From Candidatus Sericytochromatia bacterium (lineage in GTDB: Bacteria; Cyanobacteriota; Sericytochromatia; S15B-MN24; UBA4093): 35,545 nt of DNA. The notes under the pieces are model-generated. The model worked only from the letters and a program-made list of their open reading frames with translations. It did no database searches and was not told the DNA's origin. The translations under genes were made by a program, and so were the position numbers. The stretch lies in the NCBI GenBank assembly GCA_036676495.1, contig JAKFCT010000011.1, positions 1 to 35,545 of the forward strand, in the 5' to 3' direction. Below are positions 35,336 through 35,545 of the stretch, piece by piece; position 1 is the stretch's first letter; each line of letters starts with the position of its first letter.

Positions 35336-35373
35336 ACCGGGGTCGGGCAATTGCCCGACCCCGGTCGCTTTTT
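35336..35373 (+). terminator. Intrinsic terminator after arcA
   Basis: ACCGGGGTCGGGC-aatt-GCCCGACCCCGGT, then CGC and TTTTT. Confidence 0.8.
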
Positions 35374-35422
35374 ATGGCCTGCACGGGCGCGGAGGCCCGC
35401 ACCACCTTTATCCTCTAGCGCC

Positions 35423-35545
35423 CGCGGCTGTTGCGAAAGGCAGCGTAGCTGTCCTGTAGCAACGAGAGGCTAGTGAACGCGGCTGTTGCGAAAGGCAGCG
35501 TAGCTGTCCTGTAGCAACGAGAGGCTAGTGAACGCGGCTGTTGCG
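35423..35545. repeat. Exact 55-bp tandem repeat (2 full copies plus a partial third; runs off window end)
   Basis: Unit CGCGGCTGTTGCGAAAGGCAGCGTAGCTGTCCTGTAGCAACGAGAGGCTAGTGAA starts at 35423, 35478 and 35533. Confidence 0.97.

Noticed and set aside
35423-35545. Possible CRISPR array
   Set aside because: Units are identical over the full 55 bp with no unique spacers, and there are no cas genes in the window.

Overview
GC-rich bacterial chromosomal window of about 35.5 kb. It has no recognisable transposase, integrase, CRISPR array, tRNA or rRNA. Housekeeping content: partial rpsU, HIT hydrolase, ybaB-recR, 2-oxoacid:ferredoxin oxidoreductase alpha/beta, an obgE-proB-proA-nadD-yqeK-rsfS operon, PolX/PHP and arginine deiminase. 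Interleaved with these are an ECF sigma / zinc-finger anti-sigma / small secreted protein cluster, an all-TPR protein, an orphan PAS histidine kinase, a STAND-type adenylate cyclase (Zn ribbon-cyclase-NTPase-TPR) and many predicted lipoproteins or secreted proteins. The gene order is Terrabacteria-like, and the lipoprotein style recalls non-photosynthetic relatives of Cyanobacteria (Sericytochromatia-like); this is inference from memory only. Most notable non-obvious signals: (1) a compact, atypical SRP-RNA-like ncRNA on the minus strand between the ECF sigma gene and ybaB; (2) an exact 55-bp hairpin-forming tandem array at the window end, sharing a CTAGCGCCNGCRGC seed with two other intergenic repeats; (3) a short [YF]Rxx[AS] motif after a Gly/small-residue linker shared by four lipoproteins (two are paralogues), a possible lineage-specific sorting or processing signal; (4) apparent pseudo-enzymes (cyclophilin-like, DUF4932-like); and (5) a tandem desulforedoxin-like microprotein behind a strong promoter with a CRP/FNR-like half site. 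Start codons were refined by eye from RBS positions. No database searches were run.
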